64,000 bases of DNA, from NCBI GenBank assembly GCA_973895155.1, contig OZ316894.1, forward strand, positions 619,968 to 683,967, read 5' to 3'. A program made the translations under genes and the position numbers. This DNA is from Marsupella aquatica (taxonomy: Eukaryota > Plantae > Marchantiophyta). Numbering within the stretch: position 1 is the first letter of the stretch; each line of letters starts with the position of its first letter. This document shows, one piece after another, positions 26,855-38,800 of the stretch. The notes under the pieces are model-generated. The model made no database searches. It saw only the letters and a list, made by a program, of their open reading frames with translations, and was not told the DNA's origin.

Positions 26855-27760
26855 CATCCCTGTTAGCTGTTTGGATAGGGATCATCCTTATGTATTGTTT
26901 GGATAAGAATGATGTCTGTCCACCGTTTGGATAGAGATGATCCCTGTCCACCGTTTGGATGGGGATGATCCCTGTCCGGCTTTTGGATAAGAATGATGTC
27001 TATCCACCGTTTGGATGGGGATGATCCCTGTTCGGATTTTGGATAGGGATGATTCTTGTCCACCGTTTGGATAGGGATGATCCCTATCCACCCTTTGGAT
27101 GGGGATGATCCTTGTCCACCATTTGGATCCCTGTCCACCATTTGGATGAGGATGATCCCTGTCCACCGTTTGGATGGGGATGATCCCTGTCCGCCGTGAT
27201 CCCTGTCCACCGTTTGGATGGGGATGATCCATGTCCGCCATTTGGATAGGGATGATCCCTGTCTGCCATTTGGATAGGGATGATCCCTGTCCGCCGTTTG
27301 AGGTATTTGCTTTATGGGATCCCAATATGAAAGGTTTTACTTGATAGGACCGCTGAGTGATCCTAAGTGATCCGGACCTTGAATCATCCATGTCTATTGT
27401 TTGGACAGTGATAGACCCTGTCCGCCATTTGGACAGGGATCAGCTGTGTCTGCCCTTTGGACATTAACAGACACTATCCGCCGCTTAGGCAGGGATGATC
27501 CCTGTTTGCCGTTTGGACAGTGACAGACCCTATCCACCGTTCTGACAGGGATCATCTCTGTCCGGATTTTGGACAGGGATGATCCCTGTCTGCCGTTTAC
27601 AGGGATCATCTATGTCCACTGTTTGGACAGTGACAGAACCTATCTGCCGTCTGGACAGGGATCATCCCTATCCAAAGTCTGAATAGGGATCAGGGATCTT
27701 TGGGCTAGATAAGGATTGTTTAGGGACCTATTATTTTGCTTGATGGGGATGATCCCTATT
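26855..27760. repeat. 28-bp minisatellite with internally palindromic unit (two blocks)
   Basis: Consensus GATGATCCCTGTCCACCGTTTGGAYRGG with period 28 (e.g. 26936 to 26964). ATCCCTGTCC and GGAYAGGGAT arms are complementary. Confidence 0.88.
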
Positions 27761-27892
27761 TGCGCACTGTGCTTGGTGTGATGCCTAGCCAGGAATCACT
27801 GGGCTAGTTTAAAGTGGAAAAGGGAAGTGTACCCTAGAAACACCTTAGTATAGTTACAAAAATAAGGAAAATATAAACAATTAAGGGTGACT

Positions 27893-30800
27893 ATGGAACC
27901 CAAGCCGAGGCCGGAAGTAAGGACGCCAGGGAAGAGAACACAATTAGGGTTAGGGCACGCTAAGTGCCGGCGGCTAGGGGTCACCAACGGGAGAGAGACG
28001 CCGAGGAGGAGAGGGGTAAGGACCGCTCGCGAGGAGTTGTGGCTCATTTGCAAGCACGAACTGGGCAGGCGACTATGGGTGGCCAACTACTGTCAACTGC
28101 TTAGGCAAGCACTTAGGGTGGGAACAGATACCGACTATCAACTCGATTAGGGTATGAGCAACGTCAATCAAGTGGCATATTTTTGGGGATGCCTGTTCGA
28201 ACGGGCAACTGAGTACATTGGTACTTACGAGGACGAAGAGTCGGAGAGAGCAACTCGAGAACGGCAGGAGCTTGCTCGATTGTGGGAGCTGCAGAAAGCT
28301 GCCTTCTTAGGAGGAGAACTCATCAAAGCCAAATTCTTGTGGACTCCTACTACCAATCAACTTGACGACCTTCTATTTTGCGAAGACAGAGTCGTCGGCA
28401 TCCGTGAAGCCATCAAACGCTGCAACGACCTACACTGGGAGTTGAAGGGTAGCACGGAGGGGTGGACAAAGGCAACCGTGCTCGGAGAGACATCCACGGC
28501 AGCCGAGATGAAGAGGAAGGGAAATAACAACGATGAGGCCACCCCGGCAAAAAGAACGAGGTCGGCGGCACCAAAGAAACCAGCCGAACAGCAGAGCAGG
28601 AGGCAGAGAGAAGCCGAGGAGGAGGAGGTCGACCCCATCAACGCCGTTCCAACGAGAGATGACACCTGGAAAGGCTGGGCGGCGATCCTCCCCGAGGAGG
28701 TCCAATTACACTTTGCAAGGGAGGAGGATACATGCTTTACGGCTATGCAGACTCGGAAGTATCAGGGCTTCATGGCCGGATCCGGCTTGGAAGCCTTCGT
28801 AAGGTTACCGTGGCTGAAGCCGGAGGTGCCGAATTCAGACTTACTTGAATTCGTGGGATCATGGGAGTCCGAGACCAATTCCACAAGGGTGTATGGGAAG
28901 GATTTCTATCTCACTCCCCAGGTGATTGCCGAAGTGTTTGGCTTGCCAATGGGCAATAAGACCAAGGTAGATACCAGGAAGACCTTGCCAGACACGGAGT
29001 TCAGGTCGTTTCCAGGGCCTTCAACGAAGAATGGTTTCTTCCGTAGCACTTGCACCAACCCGCATATAGGAGAGATGATCGATTTCTTGCGGGTAACCAT
29101 GCATTGCAACTGGCTGAGAGCAGAGATCGGCAAGGCACAGGTCTATCTAGCAGAGAGGCCAGACCCAAGCCGGGACTATAACGGTTACCTCCTCACTCAA
29201 CTAAAGAAGATCTTGAAGGAGGAACAGCTGGTGATCGGCAAGGGAAGCGTGTCTCGGCTTGGTTATCACATGCCGCTATTGTGCCGGTATGCCCGGAGTA
29301 AGACCTTTGCCCCGGTACTTCCCCTACAGGCAAGGGCACCAGAGGAGGTTCCGGAACAGAGGCCGGCAACGGAGAAACCCAACCCGCCTGACAGTCCTAC
29401 AATTGAGCAGGTGTTTAGGCCAAGGACGGAGAACTTGCCAATGCAGCAACCAGGCATGCAGAATCTGCTGAAACTGCTGGAGAAAGAAAAGAGAACGGCT
29501 ACGGCATCGGCAACGACAACAACAATGGCAACGGCAACAATGCAGGACACTGCTCCAGAGGTAGGCCTAAACCGGCTTACAAGGGAAAACCCCTTTACCG
29601 GAGTCAAGGAGAGAAAGAGGCCGGAACACGAACCGGGAGTCCGGATGTATGTAGGAGCCTCTAGTCCCGAAGCGGAGGAGAAGCAGGCCGTAGCTCCCGG
29701 CCACGACAAGGAGAACAAGAGATCAACACGGAAGCAGGAGGAGGAACCAAGACCGGCAGGAGATGAAGCCGTGTTCACGACAAAACCAGGAGAACAACGG
29801 GAGAAGCCGGTAGTCCAAGCCGAGGAGGAGGCGGTGGAGGACTACACCAATGATAACTCCGGCTACGGGTCGGATCATCATGTTCCAGGAGTAAGGACCT
29901 GTGGCCGGTTCATCCCCACGCTCCCAAGAGTAGTCCGAGGAGACCCGAGCCAGCAGAGCAGCCCCGAGTCTCCCCCACCAGATGTCGCTCCCCCGAGCTT
30001 TGACGGCATAAAACAGACGGCGCAGGAATTTCAGGAGCGAATCAGGGAGGAAGAGGAGGCAGCCCTGGCTAGGGAGAAGGATTTACCAGGAGGAGAATGG
30101 CCAGAGAACATCAGGTGGCTTGCAAAAAAACGAAGCAGCCCTCCAGCCACAATAGAAGAGATCCGCAAGGCGGCTTGGGAACAAAGGCCGCGGTGGATGA
30201 TGCCGATGACTGCTACTTCCTCCACCTATGCTAAAAATAGAGCCATGGAGTACGGGGAGATGTGTGGAGAGCTGGCACTCAGCATCTTTGGGGAGGAGTT
30301 GGAGCAGGGACCCTTTTTCCAGAGGGAGATGTTGGAGAAGCGCCATTTAGAAGAAGCGGTGGCTTTGGAAAGAAGCAAGAAGGACGAGGTCATCCGTCGA
30401 CTTAGGGAAAGGGAAGCCAAAATCAAGGACCTGAGGACGGCCAAGAAAGCCCAAGATGAGCTGCGGATTAAGCGGCATGAGCTAAATATCATGCAAGGCC
30501 AGTTGGATACCGCACAGTCAGACAACCGGATTATCGAGAATAAACTGACTCAAACCTTAGGTGAGTTGGCTGATGCGATCAAGGAGCGGGAGAAGTGGAA
30601 GCGAGAGCTGAGGAATGCAGAGGAGGCCCACATAACAGCCAACAACCGGGCCATGGCGGAGACCCAAAGAAGGGAATGGGCGTTGAAGGGGGAGCTTGGG
30701 AATATCCGCGGAGCCCTTGAGCAGAAGGAGGCCGAGTTAGGGAAATCCTATCAAGGGATTATTGCGCTGCAGCAGGAGCTTGCGTCCCTGACGGCCAGCT

Positions 30801-31837
30801 TCAAGGCCGACCTGCGTGAGAAGGACAATATGCTCGATCAGACTTACGCCAAGATGAACCAGATGGAGTCTGTCATCATTGCAGAGCTCGACAAGGAGTT
30901 AAGAGCAACCCGGGAGGAGAGGGCTACCTTGAAGAAGGAATTGGAGGAAGCCCATAGGGAGCTGGAGGAAGCCCAGAAAGAACTGGAGGAGGCGCGCAAG
31001 GACCTGGACGAAGTACAGGAGGAGTTGGAGGAAAGCACGCGGAAGCTGGAGAACTTACAGCGGCGATCCGACAACCAAACGGAGCGGCTGAAGAAACAAG
31101 CCGCAGTATTTAAATGCTTGGCTTCATCAGGCCCAACTCCAATTGGGGCCACCAAGTTACCAGGAGTGGTACTGGCCGAAGAACAAGCCGCGCCACTTGC
31201 ACCAGTGCCGGAAGTAAGTGGGAAGGGGAAGGGACCAGCTGCCGAACCAGAAAAGAAGAAGAAGCGGAAACCTTCAGAGTCAAAGAGTAATACGGCTCCA
31301 CAAGCCGTGGTGACCAAGGAGGTAGACCCAGCACCGACCCCAGGCAGGGTCACGGCAGAGGATCCAACTACCCTAGAAGGAGGGGACGGTAAAGCCGATG
31401 CCAGGATACTCGGTAATGAAGCCGAGGTACCGAACCCGCCACTTGAGTGTGCAGGGGAGGCCGTAGCCGATGCTGAGGCCGTAGCCGATGCTGAGGCCGT
31501 AGCCGATGCTGAGGCCGTAGCCGATGCTGAGGCCGTAGCCGATGCTGAGGCCGTAGCCGATGCTGAGGCCGTAGCCGATGCTGAGGCCGTAGCCGATGCT
31601 GAGGCCGTAGCCGATGCTGAGGCCGTAGCCGATGCTGAGGCCGTAGCCGATGCCGAGGCAGAAGCCGATGCTGAGGCCGTAGCCGATGCCGAGGCAGAAG
31701 CCGATGGTGGACCCAGTCAGGCCGATGGAGAGTTGACTCAGTCAAGGGCAGGTAATCTGTCAGAGAACGAACCTACGGCAGTGGCTGAGGAGGAAGCGTT
31801 GGGGGCGTCCACTGGGGAACAGACACCGCTGCCATGA
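27893..31837 (+). CDS. Family B long ORF, near-intact (one stop at 28148; 1227 aa open downstream)
   Basis: ORFs 27887..28150 and 28154..31837 are in the same frame. Contains the plant-transposon-protein-like motif, a coiled coil and a KKKKRK basic NLS-like patch. Confidence 0.8.
31457..31708 (+). repeat. In-frame 18-bp tandem repeat x14 encoding EAVADA
   Basis: GAGGCCGTAGCCGATGCT units; the other B copies have only 1-3 degenerate units. Confidence 0.92.
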
Positions 31838-32829
31838 CGATGGTGGAGGGCCGCTCCTTTCAAGGAGGGCGGACGTGGAGGGAGGAGGCGAGAGTGGGCA
31901 GGGCGGGCGCGGATCTCTAAGTTTAGGATTAGGATTAGGACCAGGAGGCGGCCCTAACACTTAGCTTAGTGGGATTGCGGTTCCACTGGTAAGAACAACA
32001 CTTGTACCCCTGCCTCGCTGTACATAGGTAGATTCAGTTAGGTAGATTCAGTTAGGTAGATTAGGCTTACGCTGCAAGGAATTAGGCGGATCCGCGCCAG
32101 GATAAGTACCTGGGCTGCGGGGAGCTCAGGGCCTCTTCTTTAGCAAGTTTTTAGTTGCACCAGCCGGGCTGGGATCAAGTAGTAAGAGAAGCTCTCGGTT
32201 AGTCATACAGTGATCCTTGTGTATATTCATGTTTCCTCATGCCTAAGAGCTGAATAGAGTTGGCCTCACGGCTTAGTTCGCAGAGCTTGTGTATGAGATG
32301 TACTGTTTGTATGGCAAGTGCATGGTATGATTCAGTTAGAAGGAGTCATTTTGCTATTTGTGTGTCGCATTAACTTGTGTGAAGAGTGCCCACATCAACT
32401 AATAGAAGGAAAGTAAGCAAGGGAGTGAGAGTTGGATGTGTCGAGCTGAGAGAGGTCTTAGCGGCTTAACCAAGCCTATTGGGGATCATTCCGGTGGCGG
32501 AATCCAAATATACCTAACCAGAAGGGGGAAGACAAGGGAAGGCCTAGATTAGGCCGGCTTCGTATCTCATGACCCGATGAAGGATCTGTCCAGTATATGT
32601 GTGTAAACTGTTAATAGTAGTAGTAGAAGGAAGTTAGCAGCGTCCCATGCCGCTAAGCCGCAAAAACGGCCTCGCCAAGCGCGAAACCTGCGGGAATCGG
32701 CTTGTGCAGGGGGGTTTCTTGGGTTTAGGGAGCCATGGGACGCACCACACTTGGATAGGGTTCACACCTATCTGCTTCCTAGTTGGGACCATTGTTAACT
32801 AATTATACCTTACATTTCAAATTGTGCAG

Positions 32830-33730
32830 GTGAACACGTTGTAGGAATGACTGGAATATTTTTGAGAGGCGACAATGTGATATTGACAATTGGTGGTTAC
32901 GATGTTGCAAGCGGGACAATTCAAAAAATCAACCCGCAAGATAGTGTTCAAAAGATATTGTTGAGAGAGAATCGAATGGGCGTTCTCATTGAGAAAGTTT
33001 TTGACCGAACCACAAAACTACCATTTCCAATGCCTTGGGCAGAAAACCTTTTTGATGCCATTGATTCTTGCGTTATTTGGGATTTGTCTTGCGCATATCT
33101 ATCAACGATAACAAATTCTCAAAAATGCATTAGTGTAGGTAGTTGTTCAAATCGACCGAAGAGTAATTTGGAGAAAAATCCAATTGTAGAGGAGGACTCA
33201 TCGACCACTCTGAGGCAAGGGGATGAGGTTGAAATGTTCATCTTTGGGTGTTATGTAGCCCTTGGAGTTGTTTTCAATACAAATCCAATGGAAAGATGTC
33301 ACAACATTTTACTTGGTGAATCACGGATTAGTGTGAGGGTCACTGATGTCATTCATGGGAGTAGGGTTTTACCTTACAAACACAGTGGGGCTGAAACAAT
33401 TGACGAGGCAAAAGACTCATGGGTTCTCTGGGATGTGGCAGATGTCCAAAGTAGAAAGGGTTTCTCAAAGAAGGATGCGGGTGATGATATCAACATAGAG
33501 CGGAGTTTTGTTGTGGAGTCTCCTCAGCTGAAATTTCTAAAACTAATTGTGACTATTTCCAACGGTCAAATTGGATGTCAGAGTTGGTCAAACTATACAT
33601 CGGTTCAGATTGAACCAATAGGGTTGCCACGGGGACCATCACTGTGTCTCAAGAAACGGCGGCGGTTGATGATGAAATCCTTGGTGAGGACCATGTAGGG
33701 ATTGCTGTGAAAGATGTGGTGGAATCGGGG
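32830..33730 (+). pseudogene. Exon of CACTA/En-Spm TNP1-like accessory protein with three tandem domain repeats
   Basis: TTGTGCAG acceptor at 32829. Repeats are VASGTI..LPFP..DAIDSCVIWD, VALGVV..LPY..EAKDSWVLWD and a frameshifted third, VATGTI..ILGEDHVGIAV, truncated near 33730. Confidence 0.55.
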
Positions 33731-33738
33731 TAGCGAGG

Positions 33739-34294
33739 ATCATCAGTTATCAGTTTTGCCGCCTTGAAATTTCTGAATCTCAGCTGAGCAGCTGAGATAG
33801 GGCCTTCGCACTTTTGCGCATCTTAGCTGGGGCACCTGAGATTGACTCAATCTCAGCTGACCTTGCCGAGATTGGCCTAAGGACAAAAAAATGGGAAAAA
33901 ATTTAAATTTTTTTTTCAGAAATTCTCAAAAAAAAATTAAAATAAAAAATTTTCCGACAAAATTTGGTGTCCGTATTGTACGGACATCGGACTATCTCGG
34001 CGGGTCTCGCCGAGATGCAGTGTCCGTACGGTACGGACACCCATAGTGAAAAAAAAGGGGGGGAATTTGTTTTTTTGAGAAATTTTTTAAAAAAATTTTA
34101 ATTTTTAGTTTTTTTGTCCTTACGCCAATCTCGGCGAGGTCAGCTGAGATTGAGTCAATCTCAGCTGCCCCAGCTGAGATCCGCAAAAGTTCTTTTTTCG
34201 CATTTTTTTTCGGCGCCCCAACTTGGCGGCCTCTCTAAGATGACGTGGCGACTGATATCAGGTGGACTGATGGAAAACACTAATAACTGATGAT
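33739..34294. repeat. Nested fold-back palindrome (MITE-like, or terminal structure of the adjacent transposon)
   Basis: Outer IR ATCATCAGTTAT/ATAACTGATGAT; ~80-bp arms at 33810-33891 and 34110-34190; inner self-palindromic TGTCCGTA..TACGGACA pair and central ATCTCGGCG/CGCCGAGAT. Confidence 0.8.
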
Positions 34295-34437
34295 GTAGCT
34301 TTACTCTGGTGGAATCACAATACTTTCCCAATTTCCATAGGGGAGTAATTACTTTGGTTCGGTGGCGGATTGATTCAACAAAACTACTTGCAAACGGGAA
34401 ATTTTTGTCAGACATTTTGGTTGAAGGTTCAGAGAGG

Positions 34438-35853
34438 ATGGAGACGGTGGATAGGGATGATCTCTATCCAAATGTAAATGATAGGGGAATGCCGCGCACA
34501 AGGCCATACAATTTCAACAAGAGGACTCATGTAGATCCGATTGAAAAGAAGAGAAGGCTATTGGAAACCAAGGCAGTTTCAAAAACAACGGAAGCTTCAA
34601 TTGATGAAATTAAAAGAGAGAATTGTTGCAAGCAGAAATGTTGTCGGACTATGCCAAGAGAAGACATAGAAGATATCCAGATAGAATTTCACGGGATGTC
34701 TAGCGAGTCAAAAACATCACACATTTTCAACCTCTTCCACTACAGAGAAGATGATGTTCGTGATAAGGGGCACCATGTTCTCAAGGGTATGGTCGTATGT
34801 AGACATGCATTTGCAATCATCCATGGCTTTAGCCACACGAAATATTATGATTACAAAAGGAGATATGTGGAGGGTTGCAAAATTGGGTTCCATGGAAACA
34901 CGGGTTCCAAATACCTTGCATGCACGAGCTTTGTTGGAGGATTTTTTGACTCGAAATACAGAGCCCATGCCTCATATACCTCATGCTGGGGCTCATGGGA
35001 CAGACTCCATTGAGTATCGTCTTCTAGCATGTTACAAGAAGTTGGAGATTTTGGAAGATGTGAGAACAAAGATGAAGGAAGAGGGGCTTCCCCCAGTTAC
35101 AGAGAATACTCTGTACGAGATTTGGAGCAAATCATTCGTAAACTTCAATTTCCATAAAGATGGTGCATTTGCCAAGTGTACTCTTTGTTGTGAATACAAA
35201 GATAGTTTGATGCGAGAAAGAAGGAAAAAAGAACGTGCTGAAATTGAAGAAAAACGAGCACAACATCTTCGTGAGCAGATGTCACGTAGATATGTTTACT
35301 ATGCTCATTGAGTGATGGCTAAGCAACATCTAGGGGAATATCTTTGCATCATTCACGACAAGATGGATCAACCAAAGACGTGGATTCCAAAAATGGTCAG
35401 TACTCCTAAATCGCTTTCGGGTCATGGGATGCCACTACCTATTGCTCTCACAAGGATGTTGACCCACGGAAGGGATCCAGGAGTCTATGCACACTTTAGT
35501 GTCACTGGCCTTTGGCCAGGAGATGCTAATTTCATGGTGACATCCTTGGCTAAGTGTCTTCGAGACCTTGAAGAGTACAATGGAGAGAAGACAGATGACA
35601 TGTTGGATGGCCTTTATTTGGAACCTCATAGACCTTTCTTTCAAGCCCTTTTTTACTTTGATGCATTTTTTAAGGGATATTTGGAACCAAAGAGTATTCC
35701 AATGAATAGGTATATTGGTTCTGAAGATGCAACCGAGAGTCAAACGGAGACGGTCTCCATCCAACATGGTGAGGATCAAGGAGAGGACATGCATGGGGAA
35801 CAAGGCAGTCAATCTTTCAAGCCCTTGCCAAGGCACCTAACATTGCAAATGGA
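34438..35853 (+). pseudogene. 5' part of DUF7869-type (tentatively Sola-like) DNA transposase
   Basis: Motifs CCKQKC, VCRHAF, FAKCTLC, YLCIIHDKMDQPKT..P, THG and LPRHLTLQM. It breaks off where LQxDN is expected and contains a frameshift and a stop. Confidence 0.6.
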
Positions 35854-38800
35854 AGCTTCCAGCCCCAGCGGTCCAATCCATAAAAATATCACGAGGTTGG
35901 GTGACAAGCTCAATGACAGATTGCATAAACCCAACAGACAGGCGAGCATTTCCAGAAAACTCCATTTGCGGGAATGGATCGGATTTGAGAGAAGGGAGTC
36001 CGATCAAATTGGTGACCAAGGGGTCCTCACTGATGGAGAGTGGACGGAATTTAGGGTCTTTGGGAATTTTGCATTTCCCATTAATTCAACCAAATATGTC
36101 CAGCCTGAGGGTAAACATCTGCGGAAAGCAATCCCAAGTGTCAGTTGGCAACTCCAGGTTAAACAAGTTATATTTCAAAATGCGACATAGTTAAGAGTAC
36201 ATGATTACCTGACAGTCTGTCTTTGCCGCGTACATCGGGACAGACATTACAACATTATGCGTGCATATGCACTGAAATTTTCTCGATTCCTGACAGGCAG
36301 CAATGACTTGAGACATGGGATCATACTCCCCATTGTGTAAAATTGCAAGGAATCCATCATCTGATAGAAATGGATCCATGGACTTGAAAAAAGATCTAGC
36401 CATGGAGTGATCTGGAGTGTTCCATTTAGGAACCTTCTTATCTATGATCGTTGGTTTGAACCCGGTTGGTAGGTAAATGAAACCCGCATCCACTCCAAAC
36501 GATCTTTCTTTTCCTCCCCGCACAACACCCTTCTCTTTATATCCCGACTTAACGAGATCCTTCCCCCACTTCTCCACATTACTAACCCATTCAGGTTTTT
36601 CCCCCTTGTTGAAAGTCGAGTCAAAATTTTTGGATATGCTTGTCTCAACCATGGCATGACGAGACACTCTAGTTTTGAAGTTTCCAACTTCACGTTGGAC
36701 ACCAGATGCTGCAACACTCTCCCTTGAAGAAGGTCCACCTTCGATAGCTCTCTTTCGTTTCTTCCTGGTACTTGTGGCGTCAACCAGAACTATTACCTTC
36801 CCCTTGTCGACAGGAGTAATGGGGTCCGATCGAGCTCCGGTGTTTGCCTCAGAAACTTCAGGTGTAGCATCCACTTTAGTATCTCCTATTCCCGCAGTAT
36901 TAGACTTCCTCCCTCCTAAATTACCAATAAGTCCTAGTTAGAACAAGTAAATCCCGAGTATTCAAACAAGCTAGCGCCAGGCGCTAACCAAATGCAAATC
37001 ACTTAGGTTACAACAAAGGCCTAAGAATGTAGAAAGAAATGTGAATTCGCATGATAGTTCAAGCCAGCGCCAGGCGCTGGCCATACTAGGGAACACTATA
37101 CTCACTTTTCCTCCCAGATTTTGTTGACTCGCTTGGTGCTGCTAACTTCACTTTTGCTTTCGCTCGAGGTTTGCGACTTCGGTCCACATGAACAATAGTC
37201 GTTTCACAGATACTTTGCAAGTCAGTGGCAGACTTGTCTACATCATCTAGCAGGCCCTGCTTCATGTCGGACACAATTTTTGCTGGTATGTGGGACTTTG
37301 AAAGCTTATGGAATGCATCTTTCTCCCTTTGATCAAAAGGAGAATCCCATCTATCTGTATCTAGATACCAGGGGCAGTGAGTTCTCTCCCATTCTGTCGT
37401 AGGTCTTGGAGGAAATATGCCCTCCGCTGGGTACATGGAGTACAAATCAGCTATGGCGTCATCCTCACTTATTGTAATCCACTTCATGAAAGCTGCAGGA
37501 TATGCCCAGAAGTAATCAGGTTTGGTTACCTCCATGTGCATGTAGAACCTGTAAAGATACCTTTTAGCCCGCTTCTGGTTTTTCTGGGTATAGTCTTCTT
37601 TGTCTGGATACTTTGAAGGCCACATAGTGTGAAAGAACTTACTCTTCACAGAATCACCATATCTCTTGAATTCATTTGTAACAAACTGAACGAGATCATC
37701 AAACGAACCACAATTCCACTCTTCCAATCTAGTGGCGGGCATAGTTTGCTCTACTTCACGCAGACATGAATGTAACATGTTGATAACAATTCCCTCTACA
37801 CTATTCCAAGTGATCCAAGTATGACACCATTGTTTGACTGGGTCGTCGTTAACACTTGCCGGGTGGAAAAACTGTCTCCGTAGCTCAGGATTGCAATGTG
37901 CCACAAGTAGGATGCTCTGCAACTTTGGGTCTAGGGCAGAAACAGCACTGAACAATCGGGCGCGGTCCATTGTACATACGACGGCGTCAGGCTTCTTCTC
38001 TCTCTTGTTTCTCTCTGTGACAGCATACATTTCTGCACATGTACTAAGAAAATCTTCAAATTCAGGACTTAACAAGGGCGTAATTTTTGATGACTTCAAT
38101 GCCCAGTCTTTGGTTGCGTCCTTCATCATGGCCGCATGGCGTTTGGAAATCTTGTCCACCGACCAGGGACTCCCTTGAGCCTCGACTGCCTCCATGTCAA
38201 GCTTGAATTGGTGAGAATAGGACTTTATCTTATTCTCACATAGAATGTAAACAAGAGCTTCCTGTGGCATCTTCTTTGTATACCATGACCCCTTCCGAGT
38301 CTTTAGCCGAATGCTCTCAAACTTCTTGAAATTAGCCGGGTCAATCAGTTTACTGTAATACTCAAGGTCATGCGCCAGAATTTGTTTGATTCTATCTGCA
38401 TCGAGAATCTAGGATGGCTCAACAACTGCTTGGCCAAGCCTACACGAAGAGATGCAACGAGTTAGAGTCAAAGTACAATTTATCTATAACCAGCGCCGAG
38501 CGCTCTTAAATAGAACACTCGCAAGATTCAAAGAAGGTACCGGAAAAGAATGAGAACTTACTGATTCACGGTGTGCATAGCTGCCTCAATTTCAATAAGA
38601 GATCCCTTGTCTCCCTTAAATATTGTGCAGAGCACTCAAGGATGGTATTTTGGATTGTCAGGGTTCTCCTCGGTAACAAGCGTCCATGAGTACAGCCTGT
38701 GATTTCCATCGAAGACAGAGAAAATCTTATCCTTCAACACGAGAAAATCTGGATCGGCCTCGCATTCAGCCTCAAACTTCTCGTTCTCCAATTGCCAAAT

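Larger units (their letters stand above)
27777..32749 (+). mobile_element. Family B copy B5 (4973 bp)
   Basis: TGTGATGC...GCACCACA termini; exact TSD CTTGG at 27772-27776 and 32750-32754. Confidence 0.95.

Noticed and set aside
26863-27609. Repetitive minus-strand ORFs
   Set aside because: By-products of the 28-bp minisatellite, whose period is not a multiple of 3.
26855-27760. CRISPR array (28-bp palindromic repeats)
   Set aside because: Units are head-to-tail with no unique spacers, there are no cas genes, and the context is eukaryotic TE DNA.
7960-31837. Host SMC/myosin-like genes or an env gene
   Set aside because: The coiled-coil ORFs lie wholly inside repeated TSD-flanked units and show no ATPase motifs or transmembrane/signal segments.
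8424-31960. Numerous antisense/alternate-frame ORFs recurring in B copies
   Set aside because: Shadows of the main GC-rich ORF; their recurrence simply reflects the repeat copies.
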